A stretch of DNA of 64,000 bases, from NCBI GenBank assembly GCA_038046805.1, contig JBBSVO010000003.1, positions 158,542-222,541 of the forward strand, in the 5' to 3' direction. This stretch comes from Candidatus Micrarchaeota archaeon (GTDB taxonomy: Archaea; Micrarchaeota; Micrarchaeia; Anstonellales; Bilamarchaeaceae). Shown here piece by piece: positions 47,699 to 57,224 of this stretch. Each line of letters begins with the position of its first letter. The stretch's first letter is position 1. A model generated the notes under the pieces. The model did no database searches and was not told the origin of the DNA. It saw only the letters and a list, made by a program, of their open reading frames with translations. The translations under genes and the position numbers were made by a program.

Positions 47699-48685
47699 AT
47701 GACTGGACAAGTTGCTGGACAGATTGAACTAGATACGCTGGACAGAAGAATTATGTACGAACTGGACCTGAACGCACGGATAAGCGCGTCCCAGCTAGCA
47801 AAAAAACTCAGAAAGAGCAAGGAAACGATAAATTTCAGGATAACCCGGCTGCTTAAGGAGAAGTACGTCAAAGGATTCTACGCAGTGCTCAATATCGCCA
47901 AGCTGGGCTGGTTTTATTACAAGCTTTACCTCAAATTCAATCCAATTTCACCTGAAAAGGAAAATGAAATCATAGAATACATAAAGACCCAGGATTACAT
48001 CGCATATCTTGCGAGCATGGAGGGAAAATACGACTGCATCCTGCTCTTTATGGCAAAGGATGCTATAGGCATGCTTGATTTTCTTTATCCATTCATGAAG
48101 AAGTACGGTGATCTCATACGGGAAAAGGACTTGGTATCGTTTATCGGTGCAAGGCGCCTAAACGAGCGGTTTCTTTACGCAGGGGAAAAAAGACAAAGCC
48201 TGGATTATTCCTTTGAACTCGGAAACTACGAGACAGATGAACTTGACGAGCGCATTCTCCGGGTTCTGGCAAGCGAGGCGCGAATCCCTTTGACAGGGCT
48301 TGCAAAAAGGGCATATTCCAACCCAAAGGCAGTGAAATACCACATGAAAAAGCTGGAGAAAGAGGGGATAATACTTGGATATGCAAGCTCCCCAAATTTC
48401 GACAGGCTTGGATTGCAGTTCATCCAGATAAACATCTCATTGGTGGATCCGACCGCAAAGCCCGCGATAATAGAATATTTCGATTCCACGAACAAATGCC
48501 TGTTCGTGCTTGAGTATCTTGGCAAATATGATCTGGGCGTAGAGCTTCATCTCAAGAACCATGATGAACTTAACTCAATTTTGGATAGCTTCAGGGAGAA
48601 ATTTTCAGATAAGTATTACGATTACGATGTTGCCACAATACCAAAAGAGCACGTAGTTATATGGGGTCCGTTTTCAAAAGTCTGA
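47699..48685 (+). CDS. Tandem (double) Lrp/AsnC transcriptional regulator
   Basis: Two LDxxI-HTH plus RAM units: LDTLDRRIMYELDLNAR and DELDERILRVLASEAR, each followed by GKYD. Confidence 0.9.
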   Translation: MTGQVAGQIELDTLDRRIMYELDLNARISASQLAKKLRKSKETINFRITRLLKEKYVKGFYAVLNIAKLGWFYYKLYLKFNPISPEKENEIIEYIKTQDYIAYLASMEGKYDCILLFMAKDAIGMLDFLYPFMKKYGDLIREKDLVSFIGARRLNERFLYAGEKRQSLDYSFELGNYETDELDERILRVLASEARIPLTGLAKRAYSNPKAVKYHMKKLEKEGIILGYASSPNFDRLGLQFIQINISLVDPTAKPAIIEYFDSTNKCLFVLEYLGKYDLGVELHLKNHDELNSILDSFREKFSDKYYDYDVATIPKEHVVIWGPFSKV

Positions 48686-48696
48686 TTCAATGCGTC

Positions 48697-51402
48697 TTAT
48701 CTCCTCTCCCCATATTCCCCTTTGAACTGCTCATATTCGCCAAGCATTGCTTTGGTTACCGAGGGCCTTCTTGTCTTTATTATCGCAAGCAGAGATTCAG
48801 CTGTTATCTTTGCGTCTCTTCCCCCTATCTTTGCCCTCACTGCCTGCATTTTCGCTTCCTGTGCAATTCCGGCAATATCTGCACCGGTGAAACCTTCTGA
48901 CGCATCTGCCAGCGCTGCTAAGTTTAGCCCTTCTGCAAACTTTCCAAGATGAATTTTGAACATCTCCGCACGCCCGGCATTGTCTGGAGGAGAGATATAA
49001 AATATCTTGTCAAAACGTCCCGGACGCAGGATGGCAGAATCTAATATGCTCGGCCGGTTTGTTGCACCCAACACCACGACACCTTTTAGTTCCTTCAAAC
49101 CGTCCATTTCCGTAAGTAACTGCCCTACTACCTCGCTCGTTCCTATTCCGCGCTGCGGCGCAAACGTCTCAATTTCATCAACAAAAATTATTGCTGGCGC
49201 ATTCTCTCTTGCACGGTTGAATGCTTCCTTAATCACTGTAACGGCCTGAGTATAACCGAGTTTCATTATCTCTGCGCCGCTCAACACCTGGAAAGATGCT
49301 TTCAATTCACCGCTCGCAGCCTTTGCCATTAGTGTTTTTCCACAACCCGGAGGGCCGAACAGCAAAATTCCCTTGCTTGGCTTTACTTTGAATTCCTTCA
49401 TTAAATCTTCTCTGAGGAGCGGAAGTTCCAGGGTTTCAAGAAGCGCTTGTTTCACGTCGCCAAGTCCGGCAACATCCTCCCATTTGACAATCTCGCCTTG
49501 CCCTTCTTCGTCTTTTCCGTCTTCCTTTCCGCCGCCGCTTCTTCTTTCAAAATCCATTTTGAACCGTTCGAAATCCTCAAGCTGTGCGATCCCAGTGCTT
49601 GGTTTTGTCCGCTTTAGCACTGAAAGAAAATGTTCCATAGAAACAAGAACTATTTTTCCTGTTTTGCCTGCTTCTTTTGCCGCAAGTCCGGTTGCTTCAT
49701 CAACAACGTTCTTTAGGTCAGCACCAGAGAAACGTTCGGTCTTCACTGCCAGCTTTTCAAAGTCCAGGTCATCATCTACAGGAACTTTTCGTGTATGGAC
49801 CTTTAGAATTGCTTCGCGCCCTTCTTTTTCCGGAAGATGCATGTAGATTATTTTATCAAATCTTCCAGGACGCAAAATTGCAGAATCAAGCTGTTGTGGA
49901 ACATTTGTTGCACCCATCACCAGAACCATTTTCCCCTTTTTCTTTCCTGCGCCATCCATTTCCTGAAGGAATATACTCAATACGCGTGGCGTTACATCAT
50001 CTGCTCCATAAGAAGTTCTTTTCTTCGCAAGCGCGTCTATTTCATCAAAGAACATTATGCAAGGTGCATTCTTTCTGGCAGATGTGAAGATTTCAGCCAC
50101 ATTTCTCTCGGATTCACCCATCCATTGGCTCAGGATATCCGAACTCTTCACATAATAAAACGGATATTTCAATTCCTTTGCAAGCGCGCGCATGAGCATT
50201 GTTTTACCAGTACCTGGAGGGCCAAACATCAGAATGCCGCTCGGTGGTTTTAGTCCGTACGTGATTGCAATTTCCTTTTTCTCAAGCGGAACAACAATAG
50301 AATCGCGAAGCTCCTGTTTAACATCCTCATAATTTCCTATGTCATCCAGAGACTTCTCACTTGAGCCAAGTGCCATGTCCTCGAATCCGAATTTCCCGAA
50401 TGATTTCATTTTTTCCTTGTGCGTTTCTTCTACTTCGTGGCTTATCTGCACCCCGGATTGTTCGAGCGCACCAACGATTGCTATTGTCGCGATAACCGCA
50501 CCGGCCAATTCAAAACTGAACATTCCCGGTATTATTGTTCCGAAAATGAAATATGCGAGCGGAACAAAAAATAAAATCAGGCTTGATATCAACTGAGTTC
50601 TCTTTCCTTTCATTGTGCCAGACATATAGCTTATCCCATACAGTGCAATTAACCAAATTATTGCCTGCAAGAGCCCGCTATCCGCAAATAAAACTGAGAG
50701 AAGATTTCCGAGAGAGTGTCCCATTGCCTGCGGAAGATTTGCAACACTTTCAGAAGAGAATAACCCTCCAAGTGAAGTTGCCACAGCCGTTGGGATGCCA
50801 AGCAATTCTATTGGTTCTTTTGTCAGCATCATCGGGGAATATGAAGGATATTTCAGAAGTGAAACCGGAAGGAACGCACTGTTTTGTACCATCCATACAG
50901 AAGAAAGGAACAGAATCGCAAGAACAGATGGAATGGAAATCATCGCACTTTTTCTTGAGCCGAAATGAAATGCACCAAGTACCATACCAAGTATGCTTAT
51001 CCATCCAAAAAGAGGAAGCTGACCAAATGCAAAAGGCGCGAATATCAATACTTCAAGTGTTGAAATAACATTCCATCTTTCAAACATCTCAAAAAGAACT
51101 ATCGCGAGCACCAGAAGGAATAACAGACCGAAAACCGAGGACTGAAATGCAACTGCGGGAATTACAAAAACGATTGAAAGAAGCGTTCCGAGCGGCGGGG
51201 ATTTATATGCTGCAATCCCGCAAACCGCTGCCAATGCAACAACAACGTAAATCGGATAAAACGGGAATGTTCCCAAAACGAAAAGCGCACCTAGAAAAAC
51301 AAGCAATGCGTTCCAGATTCCCTCGTTTTCCTGCATAAGCCTCAGGGTTGCCACTACCTTTTGGCCTTCCAATGATTTTCCCTTTAACTTAGAGGCTGGC
51401 AT
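48697..51402 (-). CDS. Membrane-bound double AAA ATPase (Cdc48-like D1-D2) with polytopic N-terminal domain
   Basis: ~9-10 TM helices, then GPPGTGKT/FFDEID and GPPGCGKT/FVDEIE, each with AILRPGRFD. Confidence 0.9.
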   Translation of the reverse strand: MPASKLKGKSLEGQKVVATLRLMQENEGIWNALLVFLGALFVLGTFPFYPIYVVVALAAVCGIAAYKSPPLGTLLSIVFVIPAVAFQSSVFGLLFLLVLAIVLFEMFERWNVISTLEVLIFAPFAFGQLPLFGWISILGMVLGAFHFGSRKSAMISIPSVLAILFLSSVWMVQNSAFLPVSLLKYPSYSPMMLTKEPIELLGIPTAVATSLGGLFSSESVANLPQAMGHSLGNLLSVLFADSGLLQAIIWLIALYGISYMSGTMKGKRTQLISSLILFFVPLAYFIFGTIIPGMFSFELAGAVIATIAIVGALEQSGVQISHEVEETHKEKMKSFGKFGFEDMALGSSEKSLDDIGNYEDVKQELRDSIVVPLEKKEIAITYGLKPPSGILMFGPPGTGKTMLMRALAKELKYPFYYVKSSDILSQWMGESERNVAEIFTSARKNAPCIMFFDEIDALAKKRTSYGADDVTPRVLSIFLQEMDGAGKKKGKMVLVMGATNVPQQLDSAILRPGRFDKIIYMHLPEKEGREAILKVHTRKVPVDDDLDFEKLAVKTERFSGADLKNVVDEATGLAAKEAGKTGKIVLVSMEHFLSVLKRTKPSTGIAQLEDFERFKMDFERRSGGGKEDGKDEEGQGEIVKWEDVAGLGDVKQALLETLELPLLREDLMKEFKVKPSKGILLFGPPGCGKTLMAKAASGELKASFQVLSGAEIMKLGYTQAVTVIKEAFNRARENAPAIIFVDEIETFAPQRGIGTSEVVGQLLTEMDGLKELKGVVVLGATNRPSILDSAILRPGRFDKIFYISPPDNAGRAEMFKIHLGKFAEGLNLAALADASEGFTGADIAGIAQEAKMQAVRAKIGGRDAKITAESLLAIIKTRRPSVTKAMLGEYEQFKGEYGERR

Positions 51403-51439
51403 GATAACACAAATGCGGGAATGTTTATATTTGTATTAG

Positions 51440-51946
51440 CTAACTGGAATTTATTGCTGCTGCAACCGCGTTCTCAGTTACTCCATAGGTTATCAAAGCA
51501 AGTATTGCAAATAAGGGATAGATTACCCATGTATAGCCAGCATAACTGCTTTTTGATATTAGTGGAGAAACATTAAGATATGTCGATATGAGAAGAACGA
51601 GAACATTTAGGACATGCCGCTGAAGATGTATTCCATTCCAAACATCATAGTTTCCGTAAACCACATTGTTAGTTTCATCAAGATACGCACCGGGAGTATA
51701 ACCCGCAGTGTCAATTATTGTTTTTCCAAGAAATATTTGCTCGATTGCCGGGCTGACTGCAAACAACCATGCAACAAGCATCATCCCAAATGCAATCCAG
51801 TTTATACCTTTGAATTCTATTTCGTAGAATGCTTTTTTTCCCTCAATTTCATTCATTAATCCTGAGGAAATGAAATAGAAGATAGCATATATCAAAAGGC
51901 TTACCAAAAGAAAAAACAATTTTAGAGAGATTAATCCTGCATCCAT
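51440..51946 (-). CDS. Four-TM membrane protein; paralog of 51953-52420
   Basis: Shared LVAWLFAVSPA, DxW...RH..N, YxNxSP, YxxTE. Confidence 0.8.
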   Translation of the reverse strand: MDAGLISLKLFFLLVSLLIYAIFYFISSGLMNEIEGKKAFYEIEFKGINWIAFGMMLVAWLFAVSPAIEQIFLGKTIIDTAGYTPGAYLDETNNVVYGNYDVWNGIHLQRHVLNVLVLLISTYLNVSPLISKSSYAGYTWVIYPLFAILALITYGVTENAVAAAINSS

Positions 51947-51952
51947 ATTTTA

Positions 51953-52420
51953 TCACCCCGAATCTGCAAACACGGGTTTTCCCGTAACAATGACCGATAC
52001 AAGCATTTCTGTAAATGCGTAAGCAGTTAGAATAAGTATTACTCCTGTTATAACTGTAAATAAATCCAGTGCACTTGCTTCACTTTTTTTCGCAAGACCA
52101 ACCAGTTCAAGAACAGGGCTATTGTTCGCATATGCTCCGATAGATAATACTGCTAAATTTATCGCATGCCTTTTCATATCCCAGATATCAAATTGGACCT
52201 GTTTTCCAAGCAAATGGTCCACGGCCGGACTTACTGCAAAAAGCCAGGCAACCAGAAACAACGAGATTACTTTCATATCCCCGACAAAACTATCCCAATC
52301 CGTCGCTGGTTTTTTTGCACTTTCTTCAACGCTAATCTGGGTTGTCATCCAGACAGTTATATAAAAAATAATTGTCATTCCAAGAAGCAACAACTTCCAT
52401 AGAAGTTTCGCGAGATCCAT
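51953..52420 (-). CDS. Four-TM membrane protein; paralog of 51440-51946
   Basis: Same shared motifs; 6-bp gap to its paralog. Confidence 0.8.
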   Translation of the reverse strand: MDLAKLLWKLLLLGMTIIFYITVWMTTQISVEESAKKPATDWDSFVGDMKVISLFLVAWLFAVSPAVDHLLGKQVQFDIWDMKRHAINLAVLSIGAYANNSPVLELVGLAKKSEASALDLFTVITGVILILTAYAFTEMLVSVIVTGKPVFADSG

Positions 52421-52479
52421 GCCTCAAATCCCCGCGCAACCCTTTTAATAATTAACTATGTAGGTATACCGGTGAATAC

Positions 52480-53454
52480 ATGGTTCAGGATGCTGCGCTT
52501 TCGAAACCGAGAACAGGAACAATCGGAGTTTTCAATCAGTTTTTTTCCAATAAACAGGATGGACGAGCCGGAGTAAAGGCTGAAACGCTCAGGCTTACTT
52601 CTGAGGAAGCTGCGCATTGTGCTGCTGCAATGGCGAATTACAAAACCTTAAGGGAAAAACCGCTTGAGGCAATGGACTTAGCCTCAAAATCATTCCCTGC
52701 ACTTGTTCGCGTGGTGCGAAACAGCAGACAAGACCTTGCCAATCTTCGTCCGGAGGAGCAGCTTGAATTGCGCGAATTCAGCCTTCTTGTATCTACTATG
52801 ATGAAGGACCTTGGGGACTTATGCCATTCAAAAGAATATGATATTCGCACGCAGGCATTAGGGCTTGTCATGAAATACCCGGAAACTATTCGCCAGCTTG
52901 ATGGTTTGATAACGACCTCCAAACACGAGGATATTCATCTTGGTATAGTAAAACACCTGTCCAATGAAATTTCACGTTTGAAAATGGAATCCCGTGCCAA
53001 GCAACAATCTCTGCCGCGCATTGGAGAATTAGATACACCTGATTTTTACAGAAGACAAATCCTTCGTGTTGGAGTCCTTAGCAGGTTTGAGACTGCAAGG
53101 CGGGAAGCAGTGATGTTTTTTGCTGGTTCTATGGACAGAGATTCCCTGGATTATATCGCAAGAACTTGTTCTGTTTCGCTTGAGGATTTTGAAAAAACCC
53201 GTGGTCTTGCAAATGAAAAGCTTGCGGAACTTCAGAGGCAGCTCAGAACAGCTGGCATAAGCGAGTCCGCACTTCTCAAAAGATTTGTTCGCGTTACACC
53301 ATCGCCACCACCAGAAGTCGGCGGGTCAAAAGTAATTCGTCTGCGTCCAAGAGAGGGAGAAGGCGAACCCAATCCAGATGGCGGAGCCGCAGTAGCACTT
53401 CCAAAACCGAATGATGCCGAAACTCCAAGAAAAGAATTCAAAGAAGCGGCATAG
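52480..53454 (+). CDS. Hypothetical alpha-helical (HEAT-like) protein with Pro-rich tail
   Basis: GGTGA RBS; helical repeat-like pattern. Confidence 0.6.
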   Translation: MVQDAALSKPRTGTIGVFNQFFSNKQDGRAGVKAETLRLTSEEAAHCAAAMANYKTLREKPLEAMDLASKSFPALVRVVRNSRQDLANLRPEEQLELREFSLLVSTMMKDLGDLCHSKEYDIRTQALGLVMKYPETIRQLDGLITTSKHEDIHLGIVKHLSNEISRLKMESRAKQQSLPRIGELDTPDFYRRQILRVGVLSRFETARREAVMFFAGSMDRDSLDYIARTCSVSLEDFEKTRGLANEKLAELQRQLRTAGISESALLKRFVRVTPSPPPEVGGSKVIRLRPREGEGEPNPDGGAAVALPKPNDAETPRKEFKEAA

Positions 53455-53588
53455 AGCTGGCAATGCGTGAGCAAAGGACAGTGAGTAGTCTTGCTGATCC
53501 GAGGACCGTTTAGCGTTATTTTCTGACGCGGAACTCCTAACACGAAACCACGTTGGTCCAAGGCTCAAAGCCCAAGGCAATTGGGCAG

Positions 53589-54818
53589 TTAAACACAATT
53601 TTTCTTCATAAATGCCGCAATCTTATCCATCGCTTCGTTTATCCTCTCAATCTGCGGAAGGAATACAATCCTGAAATATGTTGGAGGAAGCAATGTCGTG
53701 AATGCAGACCCCGGAACAACAACAACGCCTTCTTTCAAAAGCGCTCTTACGAATTCCCAGTCTGTTGTAAAGTTTCCCATCTGTTCAATCTTCACGAATG
53801 AGTAGAATGCCCCTTTTGGACTAACCATGCCCAGGCCATCAATTTCACCAATGCGTTTTGCGAGAACATCGCGCCGGGTTTTGAGCTGCGAATTGAATTC
53901 AGAAATATGGTTCTTGGGTCCGCGTATCGCCGAAATTGCACCGCGCTGCATTTCCCAATTAACCGAAAGCCTGGCATTGCAAAGGCGTTGTATAGCATCC
54001 TTTACACCTGTCCACGCACCTTGTTTTCCCTCTCCATCATGAAATGCGATATACCCGACACGCGCTCCGGGATATATGTAATTCTTTGAAATGCTGTTTC
54101 CTGAAATAAGCGGAACATCTTTGTGGATTTTCCTAAGATTCACGTATCCGGAATCCTCGTCAAAGATAAGCATTTCGTAAGCATCATCTGAAATTATCGG
54201 GAGATTATATTCCCCTGCAACATCCACTATTGCACGAAGAATTTTTTCAGGATAAACGGAACCCGTAGGGTTATTCGGATTTATAACAAGAACCGCGCGC
54301 GTTTTTCCGCCAGTTTGGTCTATGTTTTTCCGCAACGAATCAACGTCCGGTTCCCAGCTGCGCTCGTCACACGCGTAAAACGTTTCCTTCCCCATGGCAA
54401 GCCTTTGCTCTGTTAAATAAAGCGGATAGGTTGGAGACGGAAGAATAATGTTTTGTCCGGGGTCAAGAAGCGCCCGGAAAAGGAATGATATCCCCTCGCT
54501 TAATCCTGAAGTTACGAACACGTCGCCAGCAGTCACCCCGTCGCCTTCGTATTCCGCGGCAGATTCCTTAAGCTCCGGGTCCCCGTCTGAGGGCGCATAA
54601 GCGGAATATTTCGTATTATCAAGTGCTTCCTTTACCGCGTCAAGAATATGCTGTGGGGGTCTGAATCCGAACGGCGCTGGATCACCGATATTAAGGTAAA
54701 CCATTTTCGTTCCGCTGCGCTCAAGGGCTTTGGCTTCCTGGACAATATCACGTATTGGATACGAGACAAGTTTGCTTTTTTCAGAAGTTTTGATTTGTTC
54801 CTGCCCGATGTCCGTCAT
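53589..54818 (-). CDS. Class I/II PLP-dependent aminotransferase (alanine aminotransferase-like)
   Basis: LNIGDP, INPNNPTG, SDDAY, SISKNYIYPGARVG. Confidence 0.93.
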   Translation of the reverse strand: MTDIGQEQIKTSEKSKLVSYPIRDIVQEAKALERSGTKMVYLNIGDPAPFGFRPPQHILDAVKEALDNTKYSAYAPSDGDPELKESAAEYEGDGVTAGDVFVTSGLSEGISFLFRALLDPGQNIILPSPTYPLYLTEQRLAMGKETFYACDERSWEPDVDSLRKNIDQTGGKTRAVLVINPNNPTGSVYPEKILRAIVDVAGEYNLPIISDDAYEMLIFDEDSGYVNLRKIHKDVPLISGNSISKNYIYPGARVGYIAFHDGEGKQGAWTGVKDAIQRLCNARLSVNWEMQRGAISAIRGPKNHISEFNSQLKTRRDVLAKRIGEIDGLGMVSPKGAFYSFVKIEQMGNFTTDWEFVRALLKEGVVVVPGSAFTTLLPPTYFRIVFLPQIERINEAMDKIAAFMKKNCV

Positions 54819-54903
54819 GACAACACCTAAAATTCGTCAGTTATCCATCTCTTATCAATTTCCATACGCACCCTTAAAAACATAGCAGAATTAATATTGA
54901 AAC

Positions 54904-55788
54904 ATGAGAGCATTCCTTGTAGTTTTCATGCTTCTGGCACTATTAACCCTATCAGTTGCCGAATTCAAGCTTACGACTGCTGAAATGATGGTAAACAATA
55001 TCCAAAAGGATGGCAGTGCAAAGGTTACTGAGAAAATAAAATTCGTTGTTATCGGCGGATATGAACAAAGCAAGTACAAGGATGGAGTGAATAACAACGA
55101 TCTTGGATGGTGGGTATCAACCACAGGAATAGGAGAAGTCCGCAAACACGTAACAGAAACTGCAGTTGATGTGAGCAATTTCAGATTAAGGCCACAACCA
55201 CTTAAAAAATGCGATCCGTTCCTGAATCTTTGTCACGGAGAACTTGTTTTGGAGTATGATGCAAGACCATATTATAACAAGAATACATCTGGCCATATTG
55301 AAGGGACAGGATTATTTACAACAACTAACTACAAGCCACGCACGACAAGATATTCCCTTAACTCCAATGCACTTTTGTTCCGAAATGTCAATACGATACA
55401 ACCTATGCAACCCAACATTTCTTCTGTGGTTCCTTCAACAACTGAAAACATAATCATAATCGACAAGAATATTTATTTCACAATCCAGTTCCCTCAGAAT
55501 ACGGTTCTTCTGGATGCAAGCCAATTACCAGAGAGTTCTGATATTTCTTTACCCGATACTGTTTCCAATCTTTCGTGGACTAATACGATTCTCAGTCACT
55601 TCACACTGGTATTCGATGTGGAGGAAAGCCTTGACAAAGAGGTTGTTGAATTCTTTTCCAGCACTCCGTTGATCATTCAGGAGATTTTCTTTGGAAAATA
55701 TGGTCCGGCCGTTCTCGTAATAGTAATAGTACTTCTTGGTTCTTACCTTCTTTTAAGTGCGTCGGCAAAGAAACAAAAGCCCCAGTAA
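54904..55788 (+). CDS. Exported protein with C-terminal TM anchor
   Basis: Signal peptide, beta-rich body, C-terminal hydrophobic helix and basic tail. Confidence 0.75.
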   Translation: MRAFLVVFMLLALLTLSVAEFKLTTAEMMVNNIQKDGSAKVTEKIKFVVIGGYEQSKYKDGVNNNDLGWWVSTTGIGEVRKHVTETAVDVSNFRLRPQPLKKCDPFLNLCHGELVLEYDARPYYNKNTSGHIEGTGLFTTTNYKPRTTRYSLNSNALLFRNVNTIQPMQPNISSVVPSTTENIIIIDKNIYFTIQFPQNTVLLDASQLPESSDISLPDTVSNLSWTNTILSHFTLVFDVEESLDKEVVEFFSSTPLIIQEIFFGKYGPAVLVIVIVLLGSYLLLSASAKKQKPQ

Positions 55789-55805
55789 GGCAATATGGTG
55801 TTGAT

Positions 55806-57182
55806 ATGTACAAGGGTGAAATCGAAATTCTTAAACTGCTCGCAGAAGAAAAAAAGGCGCTGACCGTTAATGAAATTTCCAAAAAAACAGGAATCAATAA
55901 GGATACCATCCGAAAGGCTTTGGAATCGCTCAGGGATAGGAAATATGTTGAACTAAATTCGAATGATTCGTTTTCATTTGTGCCAACTGATGAACTGAAG
56001 AGTTATATAAAATCCGGAGAGCTCCCAGAATATTCCCTGTTTCTGAAGTGTGTGAAATCTCCCTCAAAATCAATTCCAATTTCTTCGCTTTCAGATACAG
56101 AAAAATCTATTGCATTGAGATGGGCGAAGGTTAAGGGAATGGTCAAGATTGAAGGTGGAAAAGTAATCGCTGCTATTTCCAGCGAAGAGACAAAGGAATT
56201 GAATGACTCACTTCTTCGCGTTGCTGCTGGTGGAAAGTCGAATGAAGAACTTGAAAAGAGAAATCTTCTTAAGAAAAAAACATCCAAAGAAATTTTAGCA
56301 TCTTATTGCGGCACAAATATTTCCAGCGAACTTTCAGAACTTGAACGCGAGTCTGGAACATTTGACATATCTGTTCGAAGTGAGAATGCCCCGCTCGGAA
56401 AAAATCATCCTCTTACCGTGTTCAAAAACAGGGTGCGGGATATATTCGTTGAAATGGGATTTGAAGAAATGGACGGAACCGTGGTTGAGAGCTCATTCTG
56501 GAATTTTGATGCCCTGTTCCAGCCACAAGATCATCCTGCACGTGAAATGGCAGATACGTTTTATCTCAACGGTGAGCACCAGCTTCCTGACAAAAAACTA
56601 GTTTCGCGGGTGAAAGAAGCGCATGAAAAAGGTTGGGGTTCCAAATGGAGCGAGGAAATTGCAAAGAAACTCGTTCTTAGGACCCATACGACAGCACTGA
56701 GCGCCAGATACCTTGCAGCTCTTGCAAACGACAAAGACAAACCATCCAAAAAATACTTTGCAGTCGGTCGCGTATTTCGCAATGAATCAACAGATTTCAA
56801 GCATTTGGCTGAATTTCATCAGGTAGAGGGGATAGTTGTGTGGGAAAAAGCAACCTTCGGGCACCTGCTTGGAATACTAAAGCTGTTCTATTCCAAACTC
56901 GGATTTGAAAAAGTGCGTTTTGTACCGAGCTATTTTCCGTACACCGAACCAAGCGTCGAGGTGCATGTTTATTTCGAACCTAAAAAGCAATGGATGGAAC
57001 TTGGTGGCGCAGGCATTTTCCGCCCCGAAGTTTCTATTCCGCTCTGCAATAGATATCCAGTTCTTGCATGGGGTCTGAGCCTTGAAAGACCTTTGATGAT
57101 GTTGATGGATGAGCAGGATATCCGAACGCCTTACAAAAATGATTTAGACTGGCTGAAAAAATCAAAGGTTCCTGAATTGTAA
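55806..57182 (+). CDS. pheS: Phenylalanine--tRNA ligase alpha subunit
   Basis: FWNFDALFQPQDHPAREMADTF, LRTHTT, YFPYTEPS, GAGIFRPE. Confidence 0.97.
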   Translation: MYKGEIEILKLLAEEKKALTVNEISKKTGINKDTIRKALESLRDRKYVELNSNDSFSFVPTDELKSYIKSGELPEYSLFLKCVKSPSKSIPISSLSDTEKSIALRWAKVKGMVKIEGGKVIAAISSEETKELNDSLLRVAAGGKSNEELEKRNLLKKKTSKEILASYCGTNISSELSELERESGTFDISVRSENAPLGKNHPLTVFKNRVRDIFVEMGFEEMDGTVVESSFWNFDALFQPQDHPAREMADTFYLNGEHQLPDKKLVSRVKEAHEKGWGSKWSEEIAKKLVLRTHTTALSARYLAALANDKDKPSKKYFAVGRVFRNESTDFKHLAEFHQVEGIVVWEKATFGHLLGILKLFYSKLGFEKVRFVPSYFPYTEPSVEVHVYFEPKKQWMELGGAGIFRPEVSIPLCNRYPVLAWGLSLERPLMMLMDEQDIRTPYKNDLDWLKKSKVPEL

Positions 57183-57224
57183 AAATGGATTGCGCGGATT
57201 CGCGATAGACACGTCTGTGGTTTA

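Noticed and set aside
53455..53588. Possible ncRNA between convergent genes
   Set aside because: Only short imperfect hairpins and heptamer repeats; no recognisable RNA family or second copy
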